Shown here in pieces: positions 44,875 to 54,520 of a stretch of 64,000 nucleotides of DNA. This DNA comes from Gammaproteobacteria bacterium (GTDB lineage: Bacteria; Pseudomonadota; Gammaproteobacteria; SZUA-229). Each line of letters opens with the position of its first letter. Positions within the stretch are counted from its first letter, which is position 1. The position numbers and the translations under genes were made by a program. The notes under the pieces were generated by a model. That model ran no database searches and was not told where the DNA came from. It saw nothing but the letters and a program-made list of their open reading frames with translations. The stretch lies in NCBI GenBank assembly GCA_029287435.1, contig JARFRD010000022.1, positions 433-64,432 of the forward strand, written 5' to 3'.

Positions 44875-46515
44875 ATGAAAGCATCTGATCTGTTCGTTAA
44901 GGCACTGGAAGCCGAAGGCGTCGAATATATCTTCGGTATACCCGGCGAAGAAAATCTCGATTTTCTCAACTCGCTTAAAGATTCGTCGATCAGGTTAATC
45001 CTGACGCGCCATGAGCAGGCGGCCGGATTCATGGCTGCCACCTATGGTCGTCTTACCGGCAAGGCAGGTGTTTGTCTTTCTACGCTCGGGCCAGGCGCAA
45101 CCAACCTGGTGACCGCGGCTGCCTATGCCCAGCTTGGTGCCATGCCAATGTTGATGATTACCGGGCAGAAACCCATCAAGACCAGCAAGCAGGGGCAGTT
45201 CCAGATTGTTGATGTGGTCGATATGATGCGGCCGCTGACCAAATTTACCCATCAAATCAGCAGTGGTCATAACATCCCTGCCAGGGTGCGTGAGGCCATA
45301 CGCAAGGCGGAGGATGAACGGCCGGGTGCTGTGCATCTTGAGCTGCCTGAAGACATTGCCTGTGAGGAAACCGATGCAAAGGTTATTACCCGAAGCCGCT
45401 TTGACATTCCGCAGGCAACGAATCATTCCATTGCTGCCGCTGTCGAGATGATTGAATCGGCCAGGCACCCCCTGATGCTGATTGGTGCAGGGGCAAACAG
45501 GAAACGCATCACCGCCAGCCGTGGCGTATTCATCAGGAAAACGGGCATTCCATTCTTCACAACGCAGATGGGCAAAGGCGTCGTTGATGAACGCAATCCG
45601 CTATTCCTGGGCAACGCCGCGCTTTCTTCCAGTGATTTTTTACATCGTGCGATTGAAGCAACCGATCTCATCATTAATGTTGGGCATGACGTCGTTGAAA
45701 AACCCCCATTCTTCATGGAACAGGGAGGATTCAAGGTCATCCACGTCAACTATATTACCGCCACCATCGATCCTGTTTACTACCCGCAGCAGGGGGTGAT
45801 TGGTGATATTGCCAGCAGCATGGAACGGATGACTGAACGAATAACGCCACAAGCAAGCTGGGACTTCTCTCGATTTATGGAGGTTAAGTCACACCTTGAT
45901 AAACATCTACTGATAGGGGCAGAAGACGAACGATTTCCTGTCTATCCGCAACGCCTGGTTGCCGATGTCCGCCAGGTGATGCCTGATGACGGCATCATCG
46001 CTCTTGATAACGGGATCTACAAGATCTGGTTCGCCCGCAACTACAGGGCCCATGGACCGAATACTGTGCTGCTCGATAATGCCCTGGCAACCATGGGTGC
46101 CGGCCTGCCATCGGCAATGGCCGCCAAGATCGTTTATCCGCAACGTCGGGTCATGGCGATCTGCGGTGACGGTGGCTTCATGATGAATTCACAGGAGATG
46201 GAGACGGCAGTACGTCTGGGTCTGGACCTTGTTGTGTTGATCCTCAAGGACGATAGCTACGGTATGATAAAATGGAAACAGGCCAATATGGGCTTCGATG
46301 ATTTTGGCCTTGATTACGGCAACCCGGATTTCGTCCAGTATGCTACCAGCTATGGTGCAACCGGCCATCGCCTCGAATCAGCAGCGTCGCTGATTCCTAT
46401 GGTCGAAGAGTGTTTCAATGCTGGTGGCGTACACCTGATTGAGGTGCCTGTCGACTATTCAGAGAATGACCGCATACTCAATTCGGAGATCAGGGAACAG
46501 AGTCAACGGATATAG
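44875..46515 (+). CDS. ThDP-dependent acetolactate synthase-like enzyme (AlsS/large-subunit type)
   Basis: 546 aa. GVEYIFGIPGEE...RHEQAAGFMA...GPGATN and a C-terminal ThDP motif GDGGFMMN. Confidence 0.8.
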   Translation: MKASDLFVKALEAEGVEYIFGIPGEENLDFLNSLKDSSIRLILTRHEQAAGFMAATYGRLTGKAGVCLSTLGPGATNLVTAAAYAQLGAMPMLMITGQKPIKTSKQGQFQIVDVVDMMRPLTKFTHQISSGHNIPARVREAIRKAEDERPGAVHLELPEDIACEETDAKVITRSRFDIPQATNHSIAAAVEMIESARHPLMLIGAGANRKRITASRGVFIRKTGIPFFTTQMGKGVVDERNPLFLGNAALSSSDFLHRAIEATDLIINVGHDVVEKPPFFMEQGGFKVIHVNYITATIDPVYYPQQGVIGDIASSMERMTERITPQASWDFSRFMEVKSHLDKHLLIGAEDERFPVYPQRLVADVRQVMPDDGIIALDNGIYKIWFARNYRAHGPNTVLLDNALATMGAGLPSAMAAKIVYPQRRVMAICGDGGFMMNSQEMETAVRLGLDLVVLILKDDSYGMIKWKQANMGFDDFGLDYGNPDFVQYATSYGATGHRLESAASLIPMVEECFNAGGVHLIEVPVDYSENDRILNSEIREQSQRI

Positions 46516-46537
46516 AATCACTTGGCCCCCCTTTTTT

Positions 46538-47455
46538 TTACAATGCGGGTTGTTCTGCCTGTTCTCTTGCCTGCCGGCGTACATAGCCTGGTCCAATACC
46601 AAATTGTTTCTTGAAAGCTTTTCGAAAGGCGGGTTCGCTATGGTAACCGCATTCCTCGGAAAGTTGGGTGATGGATTTATTATCTGAAACCAGGGCGTCA
46701 TGGGCATGTTGCATGCGCCAGCCTGTTACATAGGCCATCGGCGACATACCAACCATGTGTTTGAACTGATCGGCAAATGCCGAACGTGACATGGCAGCTT
46801 TTTCAGATAGCGTTTGCACGCTCCAGTTCTTTTCAGGCGCTTTGTGAAAGCTGGTTAGTGCCTTGCAAAGTCTTGGATCTTTAAGTGCTGCAAGAAATCC
46901 CCGATTGTCCTCGTCTAATAGTGTGTAGGTGCGAATCGCTTCAATCAGCAGTATATCCGATAAACGATCGATGACTGCGCTGGTGTTGGTGTGATTATTA
47001 TCGGCTTCGGCGATCATCAGTTTAATGATGGTGTCGAGGTTGGTATTAATCGAGTCCCTGGTGGGGATCACCATGATGTTCTGACAGGCTTCCAGTATTG
47101 GGTTCCAGTAGTACTGTAGAAATTCACATTTGCCGCATATCAATGTGGTTGATTCCCCTTCAATATCACCTTCTGCTGGAGTATTGCGTGGTGTGTCATC
47201 GGCGGGATATTGCGAATCCGGGGTTACGAAATGAGGTGGATTGCGCAAACAAATGACCAGGTCGCCTTCATGCAGTTCCCGGGCGGTGGGGGAATCTGGT
47301 TCGCGTAACCAGCAATTGCCGTGAGCAATGACGTGAAAGCTTACCTGCAGGTCCAATGGTTCAATATTAACAACCCACTGGTTACAAAATCTGGCGTGCA
47401 GGAACACCTGCGAGTGCAGGCGCAGGGTCTGTAGAACATCGTTAAGGATATCCAT
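46538..47455 (-). CDS. AraC-family transcriptional regulator (cupin-type N-domain)
   Basis: C-terminal double HTH (SRSAFADQFKHMVGMSPMAY...GYHSEPAFRKAFKKQFG). Confidence 0.85.
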   Translation of the reverse strand: MDILNDVLQTLRLHSQVFLHARFCNQWVVNIEPLDLQVSFHVIAHGNCWLREPDSPTARELHEGDLVICLRNPPHFVTPDSQYPADDTPRNTPAEGDIEGESTTLICGKCEFLQYYWNPILEACQNIMVIPTRDSINTNLDTIIKLMIAEADNNHTNTSAVIDRLSDILLIEAIRTYTLLDEDNRGFLAALKDPRLCKALTSFHKAPEKNWSVQTLSEKAAMSRSAFADQFKHMVGMSPMAYVTGWRMQHAHDALVSDNKSITQLSEECGYHSEPAFRKAFKKQFGIGPGYVRRQAREQAEQPAL

Positions 47456-47612
47456 GACAGGACAGTATATAGCAGTTTTTGTTTAAACGGACATAAATTG
47501 TGGTTAACCAGACATATTTCCCCAACTGCTTTATCTCTATGATTTATCTCAACCAGTGGTCCAACATGTCTGTTGGTGCTGGCAACCGATTAATCAATCA
47601 AGGGGAAATGTC

Positions 47613-48371
47613 ATGAGAATATCGAAAAACCATATAAAACAATTACTTGTTTTGAGTGTCCTGGTGAGTGTTCCAGCGCTTGTATTTGCTGCACTACCCA
47701 ATCCAGGTATGCAGTTTGATCCGGTGCGTACGGCAATTGTGATCACAGACCCACAAAATGACTTTTTAAGCGAAAAAGGCGTAACCTGGGGTGTTGTTGG
47801 CAAGAGTGTGGTCGAGAACAACACGGTGCAAAACATAGAAAGTTTGTTCAAGGCCGGAAAGAAGTATGATGTGCCGGTTTTTGTTTCGCCACATTATTAC
47901 TATCCCACAGATCATGGCTGGAACTTTGAAGGTGCGCTGGAGGCCTTGATGCACCAAATCAAGATGTTCGATCGTAAAGATGCCCTGAGCCTGGATGGTT
48001 TTGATAAATCCGGTGCGGACTGGCTTGCTCAGTATTACCCGTATATAAAAGACGGTAAGACTGTCGTCACCAGCCCGCATAAAGTCTATGGCCCGGATAC
48101 CAATGATCTGGTGCTGCAGCTGCGCAAGCGCGGGATCGATAAGGTCATCCTGGCCGGCATGTCTGCAAACCTGTGTGTTGAATCACATATGCGCGAACTA
48201 CTCGAACAGGGGTTTGAAGTAACAGTAGTTAAAGATGCAACGGCAGGCGCCCAGGTACCTGAAGGTGACGGTTATCAGGCCGCCCTGGTGAATTTCAGGT
48301 ATATGGCGAATGCAGTGGTTACAACAGATGATGCTGTGAAGGCCATTTCTACAAAGTCTGATCTCAAATAA
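47613..48371 (+). CDS. secreted isochorismatase-family cysteine hydrolase
   Basis: TAIVITDPQNDFL and AGMSANLCVESH motifs. Signal peptide. AAGGGGA precedes ATG 47613. Confidence 0.85.
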   Translation: MRISKNHIKQLLVLSVLVSVPALVFAALPNPGMQFDPVRTAIVITDPQNDFLSEKGVTWGVVGKSVVENNTVQNIESLFKAGKKYDVPVFVSPHYYYPTDHGWNFEGALEALMHQIKMFDRKDALSLDGFDKSGADWLAQYYPYIKDGKTVVTSPHKVYGPDTNDLVLQLRKRGIDKVILAGMSANLCVESHMRELLEQGFEVTVVKDATAGAQVPEGDGYQAALVNFRYMANAVVTTDDAVKAISTKSDLK

Positions 48372-48390
48372 GACCTCAACACAATAATTA

Positions 48391-48446
48391 GCGGACAGAC
48401 CACGTTTACTGATATTGAGATGTAGCTGAGATATCGTGGTCTGCCC
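48391..48446. repeat. family-C inverted-repeat pair (56-bp hairpin element)
   Basis: GCGGACAGACCACG (48391-48404) and CGTGGTCTGCCC (48435-48446), followed by TTTTTG, 20 nt after the stop codon. Confidence 0.85.
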
Positions 48447-48577
48447 TTTTTGTTAATATCCAGAACTATCTTTCATGTACCTTCATGTAACATTCACATG
48501 CTGTTAACTCTTTATTGATCTGTATTGTGAGAATCTATACACAGATTCAATATCAATTTAAACAACAGGAGTTAACA

Positions 48578-49228
48578 ATGGGTAAAACTAAAATCGCAGC
48601 AGCAATGCTAACGTTTGCTGCAATGAGTGTGTCCGCCAATGCCATCGCTGCGGACAGCAATTACGTCGGTATCCACGGCATGTGGACTGATCTGAAAGAT
48701 CTGGACTTTAATGTGGCCCCGGGCACGATCGACACGGAAATCGACTCTGGCACTGGATTTGGCATTACCTTCGGTCGTACTTTTGGTCAGATTCGTGGCG
48801 AAGTCGAATACACGGCACGCATGAATGATGTGAAATCACATTCTCTCAATGGCGGGGAGGCACTGCCCGGGAGTACCGGTGAAGTGAAAAGTGACGCATT
48901 CATGGTCAATGGTTACTATGATATAGATACCGGAAGCATGTTTATACCCTACATCGGTGCTGGGCTTGGTATGGCAAAGGTCAAGTTCGATAACTTCGGT
49001 GTTGCACCGATCCCGGATGTACTCAATGAAGATGATACCCAGTTCGCCTACCAGTTTATGGCGGGTGGTGATTTCATGGTCACTGACAAAGTCCGTTTAT
49101 TTGCTGAATACCGTTACTTCACCACCAGTGATGTCGATGTTACAACTTCCGCGGCAACTGGTAGTGTCGGCAACAGCATATCGTACAAAACCAATAATGT
49201 GCTTCTTGGTGCACGCTTCATGTTCTGA
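48578..49228 (+). CDS. outer-membrane beta-barrel protein (OmpA-like/OMP_b-brl family)
   Basis: Signal peptide ending ANA-IA, alternating beta-strand pattern, and a C-terminal ...GARFMF. Confidence 0.75.
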   Translation: MGKTKIAAAMLTFAAMSVSANAIAADSNYVGIHGMWTDLKDLDFNVAPGTIDTEIDSGTGFGITFGRTFGQIRGEVEYTARMNDVKSHSLNGGEALPGSTGEVKSDAFMVNGYYDIDTGSMFIPYIGAGLGMAKVKFDNFGVAPIPDVLNEDDTQFAYQFMAGGDFMVTDKVRLFAEYRYFTTSDVDVTTSAATGSVGNSISYKTNNVLLGARFMF

Positions 49229-49241
49229 TTAAACAGGTCGA

Positions 49242-49288
49242 TTAAGGGGGCCGGAGTGATTAAATTAAATCACACCGGCTCTTTTATT
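49242..49288. repeat. family-B hairpin repeat
   Basis: TTAAGGGGGCCGGAGTGATTAAATTAAATCACACCGGCTCTTTTATT. Confidence 0.85.
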
Positions 49289-49341
49289 CATTTTTATTCT
49301 CATAGAACTGCTAAAATAAATTTCTATTTTTTGCATTATAA

Positions 49342-50238
49342 ATGAGGTTCATGATGCCAGGACGTTTACCAGCAACGCGTAAAACCAGGCTCAGTCTGCT
49401 GCTTGCAGGGTTGTCTCTGGCTGCAGCTGTCGCTCAAGCCCAGGCATTTGAGCTTACTTTTGAGGCGCATTCTGCGCAGACGTTTTCACAACCCCACGAC
49501 ATCACCTTGTCACCAGATCAACGCTATCTTTATGTAGCGGATAACAATAACGATCGCATCGCGGTGCTGGATTCCTCAACACTCACGCTGCTGGGCAGTT
49601 TTGCAGATGGTGAAGTCAGCGAGCCGCATGATGTGGTGTTTGATACAGACGGCAGGTTGCTGGTAGCCGACACGGGGAATAGCCGCGTTGCAATCTATCA
49701 AGTGTCGGGTATAAAAGGGCGTTTCGTCGGTGAAGTTACAGGCAACTTCTCACGCCCGGAGGGAGTGGCCGTTCACCCTAACGGTCGACTCTATGTGACG
49801 GGGGCCGGCTCCGGAAATATTGTGGCGATCAAAAATAACCGCACTATAGCCAGTGCCAGTGATTTATCGTCTCCGCATGATGTGGTGGTTGCAGCGGATG
49901 GTTCAGTGTGGATAGCTGATGCCGGCAATGATCGACTGGTACGTATGAGTGAAGACTTGCAAACGCTCAGCGTTATTAAAGGCAAACCGTTTGGCTTCAA
50001 TGGCCCGCGCTACCTGGCTATTGATAGCAAAGGACGTTTGTATGTGGCTGACAAGTATGCCCACCAGATCAAGCTTATTACGCCGGACCATAAACTGTTT
50101 TACACCCTGGGACAGGATCGCGCTGGTAAAGGCCCAGGTTTGTTTGACCGGCCTGAAGGAGTCGTTATCCATAATGATCTGGTCTGGTTCTCTGACACAT
50201 ACAATAATCGCATTGTTCGTTATCGCATCAGTGAATGA
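49342..50238 (+). CDS. secreted NHL-repeat beta-propeller protein
   Basis: Signal peptide. Repeated PHDV..D..G...VAD.GN.R motifs. The start may instead be ATG 49351 behind GAGG. Confidence 0.75.
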   Translation: MRFMMPGRLPATRKTRLSLLLAGLSLAAAVAQAQAFELTFEAHSAQTFSQPHDITLSPDQRYLYVADNNNDRIAVLDSSTLTLLGSFADGEVSEPHDVVFDTDGRLLVADTGNSRVAIYQVSGIKGRFVGEVTGNFSRPEGVAVHPNGRLYVTGAGSGNIVAIKNNRTIASASDLSSPHDVVVAADGSVWIADAGNDRLVRMSEDLQTLSVIKGKPFGFNGPRYLAIDSKGRLYVADKYAHQIKLITPDHKLFYTLGQDRAGKGPGLFDRPEGVVIHNDLVWFSDTYNNRIVRYRISE

Positions 50239-50271
50239 AGAGCTAAAGCTATAGTAATAAAGTCAAAGAGT

Positions 50272-50301
50272 AATGAAGGTCAGACCCCGATTTTCGCGAC
50301 C
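50272..50301 (+). repeat. family-C repeat (GGTCAGACCCCGATTT variant)
   Basis: AATGAAGGTCAGACCCCGATTTTCGCGACC. Confidence 0.7.
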
Positions 50302-50338
50302 TACCGGCCGATGAAATAATTCCCTCGTCCTAACTCTG

Positions 50339-51100
50339 TTACAGCGCGAGAGGGGATTGTAAACCAGTTTCAGGCTCCTGTTTTTTAGTCAGAATGGTTG
50401 GTTCGGGTACAAGTTCAAATTTGAATTGCGTCACCAGCCTGCCTTCAAACCAGGTATCCAGATACAGATGCTGTTTGCCCCTGGTGACCGTGAAACCCTT
50501 TTGCTCGACGGGTTCAATGGCAACGAAGCTGAGATTGGCAGGCAACTGGATATCGATGGATACCCGCATCGGGAAATAGCCATCAAGAAACTTTCTCATG
50601 AACGGGCCGTTCTGCATAACAAAGCTGCCATCATCCTGTGCGATCAATGCCCGGCTTTCGGCCTCGATGCATAAACGGGCATGCTTCTTTACATCGGTTA
50701 ATTGCACAGTATGACCCTCCACCCGGGCCTCGCCGATATTGTTATGCTCGGTAATACGCAGATTACGGATCTTGCCCTCTTTATAGACAATCTGCACACG
50801 AGGAAATATGTCCAGGTTGTCATGACATTGCTGAAGCTTAATCCAGCCCGTTTTGATACTACTTTTGAGCACGGTTATTTTGTTATGGTGGTGATGGACC
50901 GGTTTATCTATTGGTTTGTCGAGGAAATTCAGTTCGCCCTCGTTAATAGCATCGATGACCTCGTCATCGTCACCAGGCCAGTAGGTGTCCCAATCTATAT
51001 CTGCCCGTGAGCTGGCCACTGCGCTGGCGAATAGCGAGACCAGCAGCAGTAAGGTCATACTGACTAATAAATGCACCGGAGGCTTTTCTTTTGCACACAT
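50339..51100 (-). CDS. secreted protein of unknown function, paralogue 1
   Basis: 253 aa with a signal peptide. About 80% identical by eye to the 52343-53053 product. Contains a PVHHHHN motif. Confidence 0.65.
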   Translation of the reverse strand: MCAKEKPPVHLLVSMTLLLLVSLFASAVASSRADIDWDTYWPGDDDEVIDAINEGELNFLDKPIDKPVHHHHNKITVLKSSIKTGWIKLQQCHDNLDIFPRVQIVYKEGKIRNLRITEHNNIGEARVEGHTVQLTDVKKHARLCIEAESRALIAQDDGSFVMQNGPFMRKFLDGYFPMRVSIDIQLPANLSFVAIEPVEQKGFTVTRGKQHLYLDTWFEGRLVTQFKFELVPEPTILTKKQEPETGLQSPLAL

Positions 51101-51159
51101 GTTGCTAGTTTTAACCTATTTGAGGCAATGTGCAAGATGCAATAGGTACGGAATTTAGA

Positions 51160-51185
51160 TTAATAGGGGACAGACCACGATTTCC
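51160..51185 (+). repeat. family-C repeat
   Basis: TTAATAGGGGACAGACCACGATTTCC. Confidence 0.9.
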
Positions 51186-51277
51186 AGAAAACTGCTAGAC
51201 TAGATTTTCTACCTTTATATGAACAAGGAGGTTCATGATGCCCAGGACGTGTACGGTTATCATTGCCAAATATTCCC

Positions 51278-52255
51278 ATGCAGGACCTACCTGAGTCACA
51301 GCGCACTGAACTATTTTCACAGCTCTCGACACTGGAAGGTGCGGGTGTTCCAGCCGATCGTGCACTGAAAACGATAGCCGCATCCAGCACCGGGCAGCTC
51401 GCGTTGCGTGCCGGGCAGGCCGCTATCGCTATCGGCAATGGGCATAGTGTTGCAGCAGCGGGCAAGCATGTTGGTTTATTCACTGCGTTTGAAACAAATC
51501 TATTGCAGGCAGTCATGCATGCGGGTAGCCCGGAGTCTGTCTATCGACGCCTGGCTCGCTATTATGATCGACGCGTGCAGCATAGACGAAAAGTAAAAAC
51601 GAAACTGATATTACCTGTGCTGCTGCTGGTAATGGCCATTTTCATTTCTCCTTTGCCGCAGCTGGTAGTTGGGAAAATCTCCGCCGAGGTCTATCTAATT
51701 AGAACCCTGGGCGTCTGCCTGCTATTAGCTTTCATACCGTATGGGTTGAAGCAGTTGCCAATATGGTTGCGTGAAAGCCGGCTGCAACGCAATGACGCTG
51801 GCGACTGGATTGCCCGCCTGATCATGCATCTGCCACTGTTCGGTGCCGCCAGCATAAGGCGTAATCGGACACAGTTCCTACAGGTGTTATGCCTGCTGCT
51901 GCAAGCGGGTATTCCGGTGTTTGATGCCGTGCCGCTGGCAGCAAGCACAGTGCCAGACAACAGAATAAGAAAAGACTTTGAAGCAATTCTTGAACGGCTG
52001 CAGTCAGGTCTCTCGCTGAGCGATGCGTTGTCCCAGTCGGTCTATTTTGATGGCAGTGCGGTGCTGGTTACCGCCGCAGGGGAGGCAACGGGTGATGCGG
52101 GAGAAGTCATTTGTCGCTATGCCGAGTCCGAATACCAGCATCTGCAGAAGTTCGATGACGAATTTGCCACCTGGCTGCCCCGGTTGCTGTACTTTGCAGT
52201 GCTGTTGCTGATGGCATGGGGGATCGTGAGCAGCATGCCTGGTCCGTCCGCCTGA
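51278..52255 (+). CDS. type II secretion system F (GspF/PilC)-family membrane protein, orphan
   Basis: Two T2SSF-like helical domains (LSTLEGAGVPADRAL..., LLLQAGIPVFDAV...) and three TM segments. The start is uncertain (see frameshift finding). Confidence 0.65.
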   Translation: MQDLPESQRTELFSQLSTLEGAGVPADRALKTIAASSTGQLALRAGQAAIAIGNGHSVAAAGKHVGLFTAFETNLLQAVMHAGSPESVYRRLARYYDRRVQHRRKVKTKLILPVLLLVMAIFISPLPQLVVGKISAEVYLIRTLGVCLLLAFIPYGLKQLPIWLRESRLQRNDAGDWIARLIMHLPLFGAASIRRNRTQFLQVLCLLLQAGIPVFDAVPLAASTVPDNRIRKDFEAILERLQSGLSLSDALSQSVYFDGSAVLVTAAGEATGDAGEVICRYAESEYQHLQKFDDEFATWLPRLLYFAVLLLMAWGIVSSMPGPSA

Positions 52256-52342
52256 ATCCCATCATTGGTCAACCAGCAGAAATATAAAATTGAGTATTCA
52301 TCGTTGCAGGATTCCTGTTTAACCCGTCGATCGTTTGCTTTG

Positions 52343-53053
52343 CTACTGGATTGCTGTTTCGGGAACACGTTTAAATCTGATTCGTGTTATCAGCCTGCCT
52401 TCAAACCAGCTATCCAGCTGCAGACTCTGTCTGCCCGTGGTGACGGTGAACCCCTGTTGCTCGACGGGTTCAATAGCAACGAAGCTGAGATTGGCAGGCC
52501 ATTGGATATCGATAGATACACGCATCGGGAAATAGCCATCAAGAAACTTTCTCATGAACGGGCCGTTCTGCAAAACAAAGCTGCCATCATCCTGCGCGAT
52601 CAATGCGCGGCTTTCAGCTTCGATACATAGGCGGGCATGATTTTTTACATCGGTTAATTGCACAGTATGACCCTCCACGCGGGCCTCGACGATGTTGATA
52701 TGTTCGGTAATACGCAGATTGCGGATCCTGCCCTCGTTATAGACAATCTGGGCACGGCCAAATGTATCCAGGTTTTCATGGCATTGCAGCAGCTTGATCC
52801 AGCCCGTTTCGATACTGTTTTGCTGGATGATGAATGTGTTGTGGTGGTGATGGACCGGTTTATCGGGAGGCCTGTCGAGGAAATTCAGTTCGCCCTCGTT
52901 AATGGCATCGATGACCTCGTCATCGTCACCAGGCCAGTAGGTCTCCCAATCTATATCTGCCCGTGAGCTGGCCACTGCGCCGACGAATAGCGAGACCAGC
53001 AGTACTGCCGTACTGACGAATAAATGCATCGGAATCTTTTGTTTTATGCGCAT
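52343..53053 (-). CDS. secreted protein of unknown function, paralogue 2
   Basis: 236 aa. Nucleotide-level similarity to 50339-51100 is visible over about 700 bp. Confidence 0.65.
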   Translation of the reverse strand: MRIKQKIPMHLFVSTAVLLVSLFVGAVASSRADIDWETYWPGDDDEVIDAINEGELNFLDRPPDKPVHHHHNTFIIQQNSIETGWIKLLQCHENLDTFGRAQIVYNEGRIRNLRITEHINIVEARVEGHTVQLTDVKNHARLCIEAESRALIAQDDGSFVLQNGPFMRKFLDGYFPMRVSIDIQWPANLSFVAIEPVEQQGFTVTTGRQSLQLDSWFEGRLITRIRFKRVPETAIQ

Positions 53054-53192
53054 AGCGACAGTTTTTATCCATTTGTTGCAGAGTGCAAGGAGGAGTTCGG
53101 ATCGCTGTTATCTACACGGTGCTCACCGACCCGGGTCTACAGGTTGAGCTGGAGGCAGTCAAAAAGACTGGGACTACCATGAGGAAAAGATT

Positions 53193-53209
53193 TCAAGTAC
53201 CCTGATCCG
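53193..53209 (-). repeat. family-A repeat (degenerate core)
   Basis: TCAAGTACCCTGATCCG. Confidence 0.5.
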
Positions 53210-53241
53210 TCCACACAAATATGCTGCAGGGAGCCATTGAT

Positions 53242-54366
53242 ATGAGAAAAACGTTCATAAACCTGTCTATTTTAGTTCCGATAATACTATTGTCGGCATG
53301 TGATTCGAATGAAGTATCTGAAAACAGCACGCCTGCGAATACTGAAGAAAAGGCCGCTGTGCAGACGACAGACCAGCAGCAAGTTGCTGCTCCTGTAGAG
53401 TCAGAGACCAGGGCAGAGTCAGAGTCTAAGGTAGAACCAGAGATTATGGCTGCTGCACCAGCTCTTAGCGGTGAAGCCTTATATACCAGTGACAAGGCAC
53501 CGGACTCGATGCTTTATGACAAACCGCAAAAGGTCATTGATGGCGTCTGGTCTGCTATCGGTGCTACGGCACCGGCCAGGTATGAAAACTCGGGACATAA
53601 CAATAACCTGTCCTTTGTTATTACCACTGAGGGCGTTCTGGTCGTCAATGCCGGCGGCAGTTACCTGCTGGCAGAGGCTTTGCATACAGAAATAAAAAAA
53701 ATCACCGACCAGCCCGTCAAGTATGTAGTGCTGGAAAATGGACAGGGCCATGCGATGCTCGGTTCAGGTTATTGGAAAGAGCAGGGCGCGACAGTGATCG
53801 CGCATAAAGATGCAGCACACGAGATTGAAGAGAAATCGCTTGATATTCTTGAGCAGCAAAAAGAAGTTCTGAAGGACAAGGCTGACGGCACAAAAGTTGT
53901 GATGCCCGATGAGACCTTTGAAGATAAAAAGATAATTGAAATGGGCGGCGAGCGTATAGAACTGCTTAACCTGGGCCCAGCACACAGTCCGGGAGATATC
54001 ATTGTCTGGCTGCCGCAAAAACAGCTGGTGATTTCCGGAGATATGGCTTTTCATCAACGTATGTTGCCATTGTTTGAAGAAACAGATACCGCCGCCTGGA
54101 TAGAAAGCTGGGACAACTTTGCTGCCCTGGACGCGAAATATGTCATTCCGGGACATGGTGAGCCAACTGATATGGCAGAGGTTACGCGTTACACAAAGGA
54201 CTACCTGGTTTTTCTTCGCGAGAAGGTGGGTGCAGTCCTCGAAGATGGCGGATCACTGCTGGAAGCCTATGAAATTGATCAGTCTGATTTTATGCATTTA
54301 CCAACAGCCGAATTTTTGTCCAAACGCAATGCCGGGCAAGTCTTTCAGTCGATGGAGTTTGAATAA
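53242..54366 (+). CDS. MBL-fold lipoprotein with degenerate metal-binding motif
   Basis: Lipobox LLSAC. MBL-like LGPAHSPGD and IPGHGEP are present, but the HxHxDH position reads ENGQGH. Confidence 0.6.
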   Translation: MRKTFINLSILVPIILLSACDSNEVSENSTPANTEEKAAVQTTDQQQVAAPVESETRAESESKVEPEIMAAAPALSGEALYTSDKAPDSMLYDKPQKVIDGVWSAIGATAPARYENSGHNNNLSFVITTEGVLVVNAGGSYLLAEALHTEIKKITDQPVKYVVLENGQGHAMLGSGYWKEQGATVIAHKDAAHEIEEKSLDILEQQKEVLKDKADGTKVVMPDETFEDKKIIEMGGERIELLNLGPAHSPGDIIVWLPQKQLVISGDMAFHQRMLPLFEETDTAAWIESWDNFAALDAKYVIPGHGEPTDMAEVTRYTKDYLVFLREKVGAVLEDGGSLLEAYEIDQSDFMHLPTAEFLSKRNAGQVFQSMEFE

Positions 54367-54370
54367 ATAT

Positions 54371-54404
54371 AATAGTAATAATAGGGGACAGACCACGATT
54401 ACAC
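54371..54404 (+). repeat. family-C repeat
   Basis: AATAGTAATAATAGGGGACAGACCACGATTACAC. Confidence 0.9.
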
Positions 54405-54520
54405 TTTAAGCGGTCTTTTTTAAATAGTGAGGCAAGACTTGCGCAGCAGGATTTTCACCTGCTTTTCACATCCCTTCGGCTAAGCTTCATTATTCGAAGT
54501 TTGCCAATGGGGATATAACG

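Noticed and set aside
50339-53053. Composite transposon (two ~700-bp direct repeats flanking the GspF-like gene)
   Set aside because: The repeats are diverged coding paralogues with signal peptides, not IS elements. No transposase or terminal inverted repeats are seen.
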